This document shows positions 16,796 to 26,059 of a stretch of 30,286 nucleotides of DNA, in pieces. Numbering within the stretch: the stretch's first letter is position 1; every line of letters begins with the position of its first letter. Under the pieces are notes generated by a model. It worked only from the letters and a program-made list of their open reading frames with translations, had not been told where the DNA came from and ran no database searches. Both the position numbers and the translations under genes were made by a program. Source of the DNA: a virus (lineage: Duplodnaviria; Heunggongvirae; Uroviricota; Caudoviricetes); the IMG/VR virus record IMGVR_UViG_2778261087_000001, positions 1 to 30,286 of that record. One strand, given 5' to 3'.

Positions 16796-19266
16796 CAGAA
16801 TCCCCCAACAGTAAGGCGAGGAATAACGGCAAGAACAGACAGCGGCAACGGGTCAAGCTGACGGATTTTTACACGCCCGTTTTTGCCCCAGTTACTGTCC
16901 AGTTTCACTTCTACTTTTCCGGTAGCATCATCAACAGGATCATCGTAGAACTCGAATTCACGCTGTGGATATTCGTACCATTTACCGCCGGGCGTAGTCG
17001 CCCAGATGCCGCGACTGGCATTCACAACCAGAGTAACGGACGGGATCACCTGTTTTTTGTCCAGCAGCGTTTCCTGTCCGTTAATGTTGATATCCAGTGT
17101 TTCGAATTCAGCAGTTATTGGCAGGCCGATGTGCACAACAGCCCCCGGTGATTCCAGCGTGACGGCACCTCCGGAAACCACTTTTTGTGGTTCCACGTTC
17201 GCATCAGAGAGGATGTTTACGGTCTGGCCTTCAAGATGAGACAAGCCGCCAAATGTCCGGCGCGCCATCTGCCAGTTCGTGGTGGCCACATTCCTGAGGG
17301 ATGGCGGGACGTTCCTGTTAGCACGAACCACTACTGCGGTATTGCTGGTTACAGAAATAATGTCGCAACGTAATTCTTTTGACACTTCATAGCCAGTATC
17401 AGGAACAGCTCCGGTATAAGGGAACTGTAGTTGCGCACCAACATCACTACTGGTGAAGTACGCACCACCAGAAACACTGATTGTATATTCCGCGCGGTAA
17501 TCCCATTCGCCAGAACCACCAGTGATGGTCATCGTTCTGTCAGACGTGTTTCTTCCATCATAGCTAAGGCCAGAATCAACAAAGAAAGCATCTTCATCGC
17601 TGGTAAATAAACGGCTGGACAGTCGCTCGATGTATCTCACTGTTTGCCCGTTAACGGTTCGGTTAACGACGAAATACACCGCATCTTCATTTCCTTCGCT
17701 GATACTGCATGTGCTTTCATATTTTCCGGTACTGGATTGTGGTGCCCATGCAAAAACCTGCTGATCACGCAAATAGGTCATCACCAGTAATTTACCGTCA
17801 TCACGAATGCAGAAGGCGCTGGAGTAAGGGACAATAGAGAAGCACCAGTCAACAATGCTGTGCTTCTGAAAAAGATGATTGGCAAGGATGGTCAGGTCGT
17901 TCCCCTGATAGCCGTCAACATCGAATGAGTAGGCCAGATCACGGACAACGCTGCCTTTCTCCTGGACGAACAGAGCAATATTCGCCACAGCAATTGGTGG
18001 GACGTTGCTTGAGCCATTTGATCCCTGAGAGCTGAATGCAAATGATGATGGGGTTAACACTTTGTTCTGGTCGCCGGTGATGACGTACTCACCTCCGGAA
18101 GTCAGCGCCACCAGAGAACCAACATCAATCAGGTGACGGATCTCATTAACCTGACGCCCGGCATAGGTGTAGATAATTCTGTCGTCATCCTGCGTAGGAT
18201 TGCTTTTGCCAAAATCCTTATAATCCCCGGTACGGCTGGCCCAGATAGTCTGAGGGAACGCAGTCGATGCGGCGAAGTAAAGACGTTGTTGATAATAAAC
18301 AACAGTGCCAGGATAACCATTAACACTGTTCCAGGCATATTTAGCCCATTTATAGCTGGCATTATCCTCGCCAACGACCTGCGAAGGGATATAGGAAATC
18401 ACCTCGGCAGTTGCAGTAGTTCCATTTGCAGCAGTGATACGGGCAATGCCAAAACCACTGTGCAGATATTCCCACTCAATGCCAGTATCATCATCACCGG
18501 ATCCGCCCCAGCCATCCCATGATGTGCCTTCTGTATGCGAAGGGCGCAAAGTGCCTGTTTTGCCTGCTGTAACGGCGCGATAGTAGTTACTGTCTGCACG
18601 GCGAATATCGCCAATCGACGTACTCTTACTGGTTTCCCATACCGGCACAGAATCCACTGCAGGCTGTTCCAGATAGAACAATTTGCCTACCTGCTCCGCG
18701 CCAAAAATAGAGGCGCTTGCCGTTAACGTAATTGTCCCGGTGCTGGCGCTGGCATAAACCGTCACTGACTCATCAATATTGATATCTTCAAATGGCCCGT
18801 TCTTCGTTACCACATCAACCAGTTGCCAGTTGTCATGCGCATAGCGGCGCAGCTCTTTCGGCGGGTATGCCGGGTGAACCAGCGTAAGCACGTCGGCGCT
18901 TTGCGTGAATTTAATTCGGAACAGATCGGCTTCAGTATATGGCGTGGCAATTTCATAAATAACATTGCTGCTGTTCAGCACCAACGCACCATCTTTGATA
19001 ACGCGCATGTACTGGTGTCCGAACTCCAGAGCATAAGTCTGAGCCGTCGAGAACTGGAACGGGATCAGGCGGCATTTCCGATTTGGGTATTTGGCGACAC
19101 CGACAAAACGCGTACCAGGTCGATTCTCAACGCCGCCATACTGCCGCACGATAAAGTTATCGCACTTGCGCAATGCTACCTGGTACTTCGCCATGTCAAT
19201 ACGCCCGTACAACGACGGTCCAATCTCACCACCGGCAAAGCTGGGCTGGATCCAACTGATAGCCAT
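16795..19266 (-). CDS. tail tubular protein B-like (tail hub/nozzle)
   Basis: 823 aa, comparable in size and position to T7 gp12, directly after the gp11-like gene. Confidence 0.6.
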   Translation of the reverse strand: MAISWIQPSFAGGEIGPSLYGRIDMAKYQVALRKCDNFIVRQYGGVENRPGTRFVGVAKYPNRKCRLIPFQFSTAQTYALEFGHQYMRVIKDGALVLNSSNVIYEIATPYTEADLFRIKFTQSADVLTLVHPAYPPKELRRYAHDNWQLVDVVTKNGPFEDINIDESVTVYASASTGTITLTASASIFGAEQVGKLFYLEQPAVDSVPVWETSKSTSIGDIRRADSNYYRAVTAGKTGTLRPSHTEGTSWDGWGGSGDDDTGIEWEYLHSGFGIARITAANGTTATAEVISYIPSQVVGEDNASYKWAKYAWNSVNGYPGTVVYYQQRLYFAASTAFPQTIWASRTGDYKDFGKSNPTQDDDRIIYTYAGRQVNEIRHLIDVGSLVALTSGGEYVITGDQNKVLTPSSFAFSSQGSNGSSNVPPIAVANIALFVQEKGSVVRDLAYSFDVDGYQGNDLTILANHLFQKHSIVDWCFSIVPYSSAFCIRDDGKLLVMTYLRDQQVFAWAPQSSTGKYESTCSISEGNEDAVYFVVNRTVNGQTVRYIERLSSRLFTSDEDAFFVDSGLSYDGRNTSDRTMTITGGSGEWDYRAEYTISVSGGAYFTSSDVGAQLQFPYTGAVPDTGYEVSKELRCDIISVTSNTAVVVRANRNVPPSLRNVATTNWQMARRTFGGLSHLEGQTVNILSDANVEPQKVVSGGAVTLESPGAVVHIGLPITAEFETLDININGQETLLDKKQVIPSVTLVVNASRGIWATTPGGKWYEYPQREFEFYDDPVDDATGKVEVKLDSNWGKNGRVKIRQLDPLPLSVLAVIPRLTVGGF

Positions 19267-19874
19267 CAGGACAACCTCGCAATGGTAAACTCATCAACCG
19301 GTGGCTGTGGTTCCTGTGATTCATTCTGGCTATGCGAGCCAGCACTAAGAATCACGCGATTGTACATATTGAGGGCAAACGTACCGAGGTCTGCATTCCC
19401 AGTCAGCGCCATGTTAATGGCTGCCGCAAGACGCCAGGCCAGCGCCTCCATAAAAATGGCATCAAACATGTTTACATCTGAAACGCGAGAGACATACTTG
19501 AGCCATGCCTGCGGCTGGCCTGTGTAGATCAACTTTCCTGTTCCATTGGTGTCTGCACCCACTTCGTACTGGACGCGCATTGCTGCTGTTGGATTGCGTA
19601 CACCAGGAAGCATAATTTCAGTAATGCGCAGACAATCGGACGGGTACTGGTACGCATATTCCCAGTCAGGCGGTGGATTGTTCGTATCTGCAAGCGCCAC
19701 GCGTTTGGTAGCAAAGTTCCAGTCAAAATCAGAAAGCACAGCATCACGGCAGGCCTCAAAGTGCAGCGAACATTCCCCTGCTTCCTTGCTGGCTTCCGTC
19801 AGTCTGTTAATGCTGCGGCTGTTGCCAATATTGGACAGCGCACGATTACAGATCTCTACTACAGAGGCCATCAC
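19266..19874 (-). CDS. tail tubular protein A-like (gatekeeper/adaptor)
   Basis: 202 aa; N-terminal ICNRALSNIGNSRSINRL resembles the T7 gp11 N-terminus; position between head genes and the gp12-like gene. Confidence 0.55.
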   Translation of the reverse strand: MMASVVEICNRALSNIGNSRSINRLTEASKEAGECSLHFEACRDAVLSDFDWNFATKRVALADTNNPPPDWEYAYQYPSDCLRITEIMLPGVRNPTAAMRVQYEVGADTNGTGKLIYTGQPQAWLKYVSRVSDVNMFDAIFMEALAWRLAAAINMALTGNADLGTFALNMYNRVILSAGSHSQNESQEPQPPVDEFTIARLS

Positions 19875-20200
19875 TCACCCCCGTTACCGTAGAGGGTTTC
19901 AGCCGCTGATTTTTCTACATCACCGGAAACAGGAGCGATTGCCATATCAGTGATCTGCAGATCGGCGCTGCGATTAACACCATCGTCAGTTTCTCTGGCA
20001 GACAGGCCTCGAATAACAGCCTTTGCAGTTATCATCACTTCTGTTCCGACGCCCTGAGGTTGCGCCTTCAGCTTATTCAATGTGTCGTTATTCAGCGTGA
20101 TGCACAGCCCCCACGGGTATTCATCGCGAGTTCTGGTTTCTCCGCTCTCATCCTGGTAGCTGTCAGTGCCGGTTTTGAGGTTTACGAGTTCCATATACAC
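19871..20200 (-). CDS. hypothetical head/neck structural protein
   Basis: 109 aa ORF in the structural operon; stem-loop and GCAGGAG RBS upstream. Confidence 0.45.
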   Translation of the reverse strand: MYMELVNLKTGTDSYQDESGETRTRDEYPWGLCITLNNDTLNKLKAQPQGVGTEVMITAKAVIRGLSARETDDGVNRSADLQITDMAIAPVSGDVEKSAAETLYGNGGE

Positions 20201-20244
20201 TCCTGCAATAAAGGGGCCGAAGCCCCTTGTCTGATTCGCGAGGC

Positions 20245-20580
20245 TTACACGCCCAGTTCTTTACGCTTATCTGCGATCTTCTCGCGGAGCGTTTCGGCTT
20301 TGGCGTTATGGTGTGGCTTCTCGTTAAAGAGCAATTCGTACTCTTCACGGAGCTTATCCAGTTCACCATCATCTGACACATCGTTGATGATTTTGGTGCT
20401 GGTTGCTGCCATAGTCACCTTTCCTGCTACCTTTGCTTTTGCCTGTCTGGCTGCATCGTTAACAGGTTCCAGTGCGCTACCAGGCTCACCTTCGTATTCG
20501 ATTTCTGCCCCCTCCGGCCACAGTGTGTTATGGATATGAGAGAGGCGCAGAACGCGGTATCTTGGTTTCTCACCTGACAT
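20245..20580 (-). CDS. hypothetical structural protein (possible capsid decoration)
   Basis: Track ORF starts at GTG 20589; ATG 20580 with AAGGTGA 5 nt upstream preferred; charged, Lys/Glu-rich. Confidence 0.45.
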   Translation of the reverse strand: MSGEKPRYRVLRLSHIHNTLWPEGAEIEYEGEPGSALEPVNDAARQAKAKVAGKVTMAATSTKIINDVSDDGELDKLREEYELLFNEKPHHNAKAETLREKIADKRKELGV

Positions 20581-20590
20581 CGAAATCACC

Positions 20591-21028
20591 TTAACCAGTT
20601 AATTTTGAGCGGATCGGGTACGGTGTATTGGCATCAACATCCAGACTAATACCCGCAGTGAATTTGCCGGCCGTTAGTGGGCCAGTTGCGACGGAGTAGT
20701 TAACACGCAGATATCGCTGAACACCGGCAGGCACCTTTGCAGAAACAACTCGTTTACCTGCTGTCAGGGTAGCCTTTGCCAGTGCGCCACTATCATAAAT
20801 AGTGGACCATGAGCTGTTATTCTCACTCGTCTGCAACTGGATGTTTACAGTTGCCTCACCACTTGCCGTGGCGGCTTCGTTAACCAGCGCCCAAAACTCA
20901 AGCGGGTAACCCACGCCGATATCGCGACGATTTCCATCAATTGGACCTAGATCGATTACGTCAGTAGAAGCCGCGGTATCAGTTACCGCCTGTGCTTCGG
21001 AGAACATCAACAGTTTGTCGGTGATCAT
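20591..21028 (-). CDS. hypothetical structural protein (145 aa, likely beta-rich)
   Basis: GGAG RBS; Thr/Ala/Val-rich; immediately downstream of the major capsid gene. Confidence 0.45.
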   Translation of the reverse strand: MITDKLLMFSEAQAVTDTAASTDVIDLGPIDGNRRDIGVGYPLEFWALVNEAATASGEATVNIQLQTSENNSSWSTIYDSGALAKATLTAGKRVVSAKVPAGVQRYLRVNYSVATGPLTAGKFTAGISLDVDANTPYPIRSKLTG

Positions 21029-21042
21029 CTTCTTTCTCCATT

Positions 21043-21064
21043 AGTGGGTCTGTTACGACCCACT
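21043..21064 (-). other. stable stem-loop downstream of the major capsid gene
   Basis: AGTGGGTC-TGTTAC-GACCCACT perfect 8-bp stem, no T tract; possible attenuator or RNA-stability element. Confidence 0.35.
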
Positions 21065-21079
21065 GGTTAATAACAGGCG

Positions 21080-22072
21080 TTACACCACACGGGCTTCTGT
21101 TTCCAGAAGCGCATCAGTTTCACGGATTGGTACACCACGGAATGAAGTCCACCACTCGCCTTCTGTCTCTTTTACGCTGATCGCCAGAGATGTTTTCTCC
21201 AGAGATTGCAGATCAAGAGCCTGGCCTACAGTGCGGTTCATGTAGAACACCGGGCGACCCATTCCACGGTTTGGAATGCGATGCAGTGCTTTAACCATCA
21301 ACTTCGCAATATTTGCGGCAGAGGAAGGTTCTGAAAGATTGCTGACATCGATGTTTGCAATGCGAACAACATAACGCCAGTCACGCAGAGCAAGTCCGTT
21401 GTCCCATTTGTAATGGGTGCGATAGCCTTCGTACTTGCCGCCATTAGCATCTTCCAGTGTCACCTGGCCTTTATCTTCCATCTGGATGCCAGCCTTCTGC
21501 CCTTTCGGGAAGATGCCATGCACGGTGTTTTCGCCCCACACCACTAACCAGATTGAGGTGTTATCTGTACCCGTGCCACCAGCATCAATGATGTTCTGAG
21601 CATTACCCGCAGACAGGCTGGAATAGCGGGAGGACAGTCCCATAAACTGCTGAGGGTTAACGCTGGAATCACCATAAAACAGCGTCTGCGCCATCTGCTG
21701 ATTCATCGCTTCAATAAATGCGCGGTCTTCAGACAGGCGGAATTCAGCGGAATTGCCGTTCAGATCAGCCAGTGATTTATCGACTTCAGCATAGGTTTCC
21801 AGCATGCCAACGGAATCGGTTACCTGCACTGTGGTTGATTTGCTTGGCTGTACGCCATAGTTCAGCAAACGCCAGGTAGCTGAAGGTAAACCAGAACGAA
21901 TGGTGGTTCGGTGTCCGGTAGGAAGGTTCCCTTCGACAAAAGGCATATCCTGAAGGATCGGGTTAGTTTGACCGAGAAGCTCGATAATCTTATCGACTTT
22001 CCCGTTTGGATCGACGCGCTTACCCCAGTCAGCCAGCGTTAGCGCAGTTAAGCCTTTAACAGCCATTGTCAT
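21080..22072 (-). CDS. major capsid protein
   Basis: 330 aa, strong RBS (AGAGG), follows the acidic scaffold-like gene and portal; size and position typical of podovirus major capsid proteins. Confidence 0.75.
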   Translation of the reverse strand: MTMAVKGLTALTLADWGKRVDPNGKVDKIIELLGQTNPILQDMPFVEGNLPTGHRTTIRSGLPSATWRLLNYGVQPSKSTTVQVTDSVGMLETYAEVDKSLADLNGNSAEFRLSEDRAFIEAMNQQMAQTLFYGDSSVNPQQFMGLSSRYSSLSAGNAQNIIDAGGTGTDNTSIWLVVWGENTVHGIFPKGQKAGIQMEDKGQVTLEDANGGKYEGYRTHYKWDNGLALRDWRYVVRIANIDVSNLSEPSSAANIAKLMVKALHRIPNRGMGRPVFYMNRTVGQALDLQSLEKTSLAISVKETEGEWWTSFRGVPIRETDALLETEARVV

Positions 22073-22080
22073 TTCCTCTC

Positions 22081-22782
22081 TTATTTGCCATAGAGCACTT
22101 CGGCCGCACTACGCTGGCCTTCATTACCACCGGTGACCATGCCATCTTCAGACATCGCCTTTCCGATTTTCACGAACGTTTTGACCAGATCAGGGTGATT
22201 ACCCAGCCCGGTGGTGTTCAGATATTCTTTGAGTTCAGGTGTCCCGAACTGGTCAAGCGCACGCTGTGCGGCGCTAAGGTTAGAAATCAACTTGTCGCCA
22301 CCGATTTCTTTGTCAGCTTTTACATCCGCAGCCCACTGCTCGGTTGTTTTCTGCCAGGCTTCTGCCTGGCGCTGCTGAACACCTGCCAGAATCTTCGGAT
22401 AAGCATCAACCAGCTTTTGCGCTTGCTCGTTGGTCAGGTTAAGTTCTCGCGCCACCGGCTCGAATTCCTTCAACGCTTCTGTATCCAGCTCTACGCCTTC
22501 GGCTGCCTGAAACTCGTACTTCTCAGGCGCACCCTCTGGTTTATCGCCGTCCTTTTTTTCATCCTGCTTATCGTTTTCAGGCTTTTTGTCATCAGCAGGT
22601 TTATCGCCATCAGCAACAGGTTGTGGCTTATCACCTTCCTGTTGTGATGGATCACCAACTGGAGCAGGGTTATCACCTGCAGGCGCTGACGGTTCTGACG
22701 CAGCCGGAGCTGCTCCACCATCGACTGGTTGCTCATTGCAAAGACGGCGATACAGCAAACGCTCAAATAAATTCATGATCAC
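22081..22782 (-). CDS. scaffolding protein (putative)
   Basis: 233 aa, highly acidic Pro/Asp/Lys/Glu-rich N-terminal half and helical C-terminal half; between portal and capsid genes. Confidence 0.5.
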   Translation of the reverse strand: MIMNLFERLLYRRLCNEQPVDGGAAPAASEPSAPAGDNPAPVGDPSQQEGDKPQPVADGDKPADDKKPENDKQDEKKDGDKPEGAPEKYEFQAAEGVELDTEALKEFEPVARELNLTNEQAQKLVDAYPKILAGVQQRQAEAWQKTTEQWAADVKADKEIGGDKLISNLSAAQRALDQFGTPELKEYLNTTGLGNHPDLVKTFVKIGKAMSEDGMVTGGNEGQRSAAEVLYGK

Positions 22783-23075
22783 TCCTGTTCACTGGCCTCT
22801 TTGGCCATCTTCAAATACTGTTCAGGGCAATGCGCCATAACGCGCTGAAACAGTTCCAGCGCCAGATTGCGTTGCCCCTCATTAAATGCCATTGCCATAG
22901 CGTCCATCGGTGAGATAGCGGAAAACACACGGCCTTTCTCCAGCACCGACCAGACAACGCGACGCCCCTGTTCACTGCTCATGACAAAGCGAATGTCATC
23001 AATTTCACGCTGCGCCATGTCACGTTGCTTACGGGCGTTTTCTTCTTTCAGTTGATCGTCTTCGTAATCTGTCAT
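22779..23075 (-). CDS. hypothetical protein (98 aa)
   Basis: Charged helical ORF, ATGA-type overlaps with the portal and scaffold genes. Confidence 0.45.
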   Translation of the reverse strand: MTDYEDDQLKEENARKQRDMAQREIDDIRFVMSSEQGRRVVWSVLEKGRVFSAISPMDAMAMAFNEGQRNLALELFQRVMAHCPEQYLKMAKEASEQE

Positions 23076-24751
23076 TGTGATTGCCCACCCTGACCACTAA
23101 CTGCATTCGCCATAGCTGACAACACACTCGGATCCGAAGTTTTAGCTTCGCTTAGCGTCTTGGCCCCCTGTGCCGCCGCCATCCCCATCGCCATCATTTG
23201 TTGCTGCTGTTGTTGCTGTGCCCGTTGCTGGCGAGCCTGCTCAACCTGTTCCTGCGGAACAATGACGGTTGGAGACACTCCGGACATATCAGCGAATGCA
23301 TCGATCGCCTGATCAACGTTGAGTTTGTCGAGAGCTTCTGGTTTCGCTTGCGCAAGTTGACCAATGAAGTTGACCGTAGACGCCAGACTGGACAGGCCGA
23401 TAGACTTCTGCGCCTGAGCCATGACGGAAATGTATTCGACCTTCAGGGGCATACCTTCCATCGCGTCAGGCGGTGGCGGCAGCATGTTTTTACGCACCAT
23501 CATCGAGAAAGCGCGGTCAATGAGAGGATTAAGACATTCGTCGTTCAGACGCTCCAGAACCGGCCCCAACATCAGAAGTTTTTCTTCTTTCATTTCGATC
23601 ACTGCTTCAACAGGCATCGAGCGGGTATTGATGTTCTGCAACATCATGAACAGATCGACAAAGTAGGCGCTGTTAATGATTTGACGAGTGTCCTGAATGT
23701 CTGCTACCAGATCTGCTGTACTGGGGTTAACCAGATAAGCAGGCCTGAAGCCATCCTGACCAGTAATCTGATCGATATACGTGATGTCGCCAGGAAGAAG
23801 GGAGGCGCGCTGATTCTTGAGGGAAGTCGGAGCAACCATCGGCGGATTGGTGGCTTTATCAATCAACTGCGACTTGCGCTTCTGGAGAAGTTGCAATGCC
23901 TTAACAGGTCCAAGCGCCAGCATACCCGGGCATGATGATCCATAAACATCTTCGCCATTAACTTCCCAGCGCGGAGCCATAATTGGAAACTCATCAAATC
24001 CGGACTCACGCAACAACTTGTCGTTATCGCCACCAACCTCGTAATAAACCGATTTGAATGGCTTGTTCTTGCTATCCAGCTTCGATGTATCGCGGTCAAT
24101 GTTCGGGTAAACCGAATGCATCACTTCAATCCACTTCTCGTAGGTGCCGCTTTCCCACATGCTTTTTACGGATTCGCTGACGTTATTTAGTCCGAACTCC
24201 TGAACAAGCTGACGAACAGTCATAGAGAACTTGCGAAAACAGGTGTCCACACTGCCACGAGGTGAGTTAGCCAGGTAGTAACTGCCTATCGGGAATGGCA
24301 TTGTGCGAATGATGTCCTCATCATCCTCCAGCACTGCCATTGCACCAGTGCTGTATGTGCCTAGGCTTCCGTATAACTGCGGCAGTGACTGATAGAGATT
24401 CGACTTATTGAACATATCGTTCATGCGGTTCTGCACCGCCTCAAGCCACAACTTAACAGGGCCATAATCCATCATTTCAGGATCTGGCGTAGCCAGGCGA
24501 AACCACGGACGCGCGGGGCTTGTGATGCCTGACATCATGCCGCTGGCGAGAGTGCGCGCCGCTATAGTCCCGGTAGAATCAATAATGCGTGTATTGCGTC
24601 GATCGTTACGGTTGACCTCAGAAGTCAGAAAGCGGGAACCACGCGGGTTGATGTAATCACTCAACTCGCGCCAGTGCGGCTCGAACGACTGACGCTCGCT
24701 TTCAAGTTGTGCGAACTGTTTGTTCAATCGCTCTTTAGTTGTTTCCGCCAT
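23072..24751 (-). CDS. portal (head-to-tail connector) protein
   Basis: 559 aa, Gln-rich flexible C-terminus, first long gene of the head module after terminase. Confidence 0.7.
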   Translation of the reverse strand: MAETTKERLNKQFAQLESERQSFEPHWRELSDYINPRGSRFLTSEVNRNDRRNTRIIDSTGTIAARTLASGMMSGITSPARPWFRLATPDPEMMDYGPVKLWLEAVQNRMNDMFNKSNLYQSLPQLYGSLGTYSTGAMAVLEDDEDIIRTMPFPIGSYYLANSPRGSVDTCFRKFSMTVRQLVQEFGLNNVSESVKSMWESGTYEKWIEVMHSVYPNIDRDTSKLDSKNKPFKSVYYEVGGDNDKLLRESGFDEFPIMAPRWEVNGEDVYGSSCPGMLALGPVKALQLLQKRKSQLIDKATNPPMVAPTSLKNQRASLLPGDITYIDQITGQDGFRPAYLVNPSTADLVADIQDTRQIINSAYFVDLFMMLQNINTRSMPVEAVIEMKEEKLLMLGPVLERLNDECLNPLIDRAFSMMVRKNMLPPPPDAMEGMPLKVEYISVMAQAQKSIGLSSLASTVNFIGQLAQAKPEALDKLNVDQAIDAFADMSGVSPTVIVPQEQVEQARQQRAQQQQQQQMMAMGMAAAQGAKTLSEAKTSDPSVLSAMANAVSGQGGQSQ

Positions 24752-24765
24752 TTCAATGACTCCGG

Positions 24766-24972
24766 TTACTGACCAAGCAGCGTTTTACCGCTGGTATTAG
24801 CGGTTGATGTGTCGCCCTGAGAACCGGTAAGCAGCGTAGAACTACGACCAGCAGCAGCGCGACGGCGACGTGTTTCTTCGTCGCGGGCATCAACAACGGC
24901 GGCATCCTGCTCCTGTGGTGCTGCCTGAACTTCTGGTGTTGCAGGCACTGATGGTGAGCTACCCATGCACAT
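24766..24972 (-). CDS. hypothetical small protein (68 aa)
   Basis: ATG with GGAG 10 nt upstream; Ala/Thr/Arg-rich, low complexity; could be non-coding. Confidence 0.3.
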   Translation of the reverse strand: MCMGSSPSVPATPEVQAAPQEQDAAVVDARDEETRRRRAAAGRSSTLLTGSQGDTSTANTSGKTLLGQ

Positions 24973-24998
24973 ATCAATGACTCCGTACGCAATTAAAT

Positions 24999-25077
24999 TA
25001 TTACCAATTTAACCATATATGATTTATTTATCGTAGATAGTTGACATTTAACGCACGAATTATTACCTTTCAGGTAG
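24999..25077 (+). promoter_or_regulatory. bipartite intergenic motif, copy C, with TTGACA; candidate promoter of the tRNA unit
   Basis: TATTACC (24999-25005), CCATATATGA (25013-25022), TTGACA (25041-25046), TATTACCTTTCAGGTAG (25061-25077). Confidence 0.45.
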
Positions 25078-25399
25078 GTAAAGGGTTCATTACGGTTACT
25101 AACCTGACTGGCTTGTCGTTAAATTGAACAGGTGGAGTGAGCTTTTATTTTGAGCAGTACGGCGTATGGCACATGCGCCGATAGCGGTCTGGATACGTTT
25201 AAGGGGCACCCTCCCTTGCTCGGGCAAACGAACCAGGTAGCCGGAATGTGCAAGTCGAGCGGTTTTATTCCGCGCACGGGGATTCACCATCCCGGCGATT
25301 CGGTGTGACTCCTCGGAAGATACGAGGGTACAACGATGAGAGCATTTATGGAGCCGCGACAAAGTGTGGCGCCTTAACAGGCTAAGTGCTCTCAGCGTT

Positions 25400-25476
25400 G
25401 TGGCATTAGCTCAGTCGGACAGAGCAACCGCCTTCTAAGCGGTTGGTCGCAGGTTCGAATCCTGCATGCCACGCCA
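25400..25476 (+). tRNA. tRNA-Arg (anticodon TCT)
   Basis: 77 nt; 7-bp acceptor stem GTGGCAT/ATGCCAC, D arm GCTC...GAGC, anticodon stem ACCGC/GCGGT with loop CTTCTAA, T arm GCAGG-TTCGAAT-CCTGC, discriminator G, CCA end; acceptor stem differs from host argU as recalled. Confidence 0.85.
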
Positions 25477-25519
25477 GAATCACGCCTAAGGACCGTGATG
25501 CCAGAAGTTCCAGGTGCTT

Positions 25520-25561
25520 GGCGGTGATGGTTTCCCTTGAAGGACTATCACCGCCCTTTTT
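25520..25561 (+). terminator. terminator-like hairpin downstream of the tRNA
   Basis: 9-bp stem GGCGGTGAT (25520-25528) / ATCACCGCC (25547-25555), 18-nt loop, then CTTTTT. Confidence 0.45.
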
Positions 25562-25639
25562 ACAGCAGGACGCCATTGCGATGACTTCATGCTGTAAACC
25601 AGTACAGCCACGGAAGGCATAACTCATTGCTTCCAGTTC

Positions 25640-25663
25640 GCCCGGCGAACCGGGCATTTTTTT
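25640..25663 (+). terminator. rho-independent terminator just upstream of the gp49-like gene
   Basis: GCCCGG-CGAA-CCGGGC hairpin followed by ATTTTTTT, ending at the RBS of the next gene. Confidence 0.5.
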
Positions 25664-25674
25664 AAGGTGAGATT

Positions 25675-26055
25675 ATGAACGACCAGCAAATCGAAAAAGA
25701 AATCGTTGAGAAAGGCAAAACGGCACCGCGAATCACCCCGCAGCACATCGAAGATGTGATTAAAAGCGAGCATTACTTTACTGCTTATGATGGACGAAAT
25801 GGTGCCATTTCCAGCAACGAATATTGTGGCAGAGAAAAACCAGAAGAAGGCGATCGTGATTTATCACCATTGAAGTTGCTCACTTTCTGCGTACTGGTGC
25901 TGAAGAATGGCTTCACCGTCACCGGAGAGAGTGCCTGTGCAAGCCCGGAAAATTTTGATGCAGAAATTGGTCGGAAGATTGCCCGGCAGAATGCTGTAAA
26001 CAAAATCTGGATGCTCGAAGGTTACTTGCTGAAGCAGAAGTTAAGCGAGCAATAA
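25675..26055 (+). CDS. phage Gp49-like protein (function unknown)
   Basis: 126 aa, AAGGTGA RBS; segment LTFCVLVLKNGFTVTGESACASPENFD...IWMLEGYLLK matches the Gp49-like family as recalled. Confidence 0.55.
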   Translation: MNDQQIEKEIVEKGKTAPRITPQHIEDVIKSEHYFTAYDGRNGAISSNEYCGREKPEEGDRDLSPLKLLTFCVLVLKNGFTVTGESACASPENFDAEIGRKIARQNAVNKIWMLEGYLLKQKLSEQ

Positions 26056-26059
26056 CACC

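Noticed and set aside
23198-23935. 245-aa plus-strand ORF inside the portal gene (and similar long antisense ORFs inside terminase, core and tail tubular genes)
   Set aside because: Shadow ORFs antisense to long GC-rich genes; Arg/Leu/His-rich composition, no RBS
25099-25362. 87-aa minus-strand ORF upstream of the tRNA
   Set aside because: Arg/His/Cys-rich translation without RBS in a GC-rich structured region; more likely non-coding
25406-25657. 83-aa minus-strand ORF
   Set aside because: Overlaps the tRNA-Arg gene and its terminator on the opposite strand
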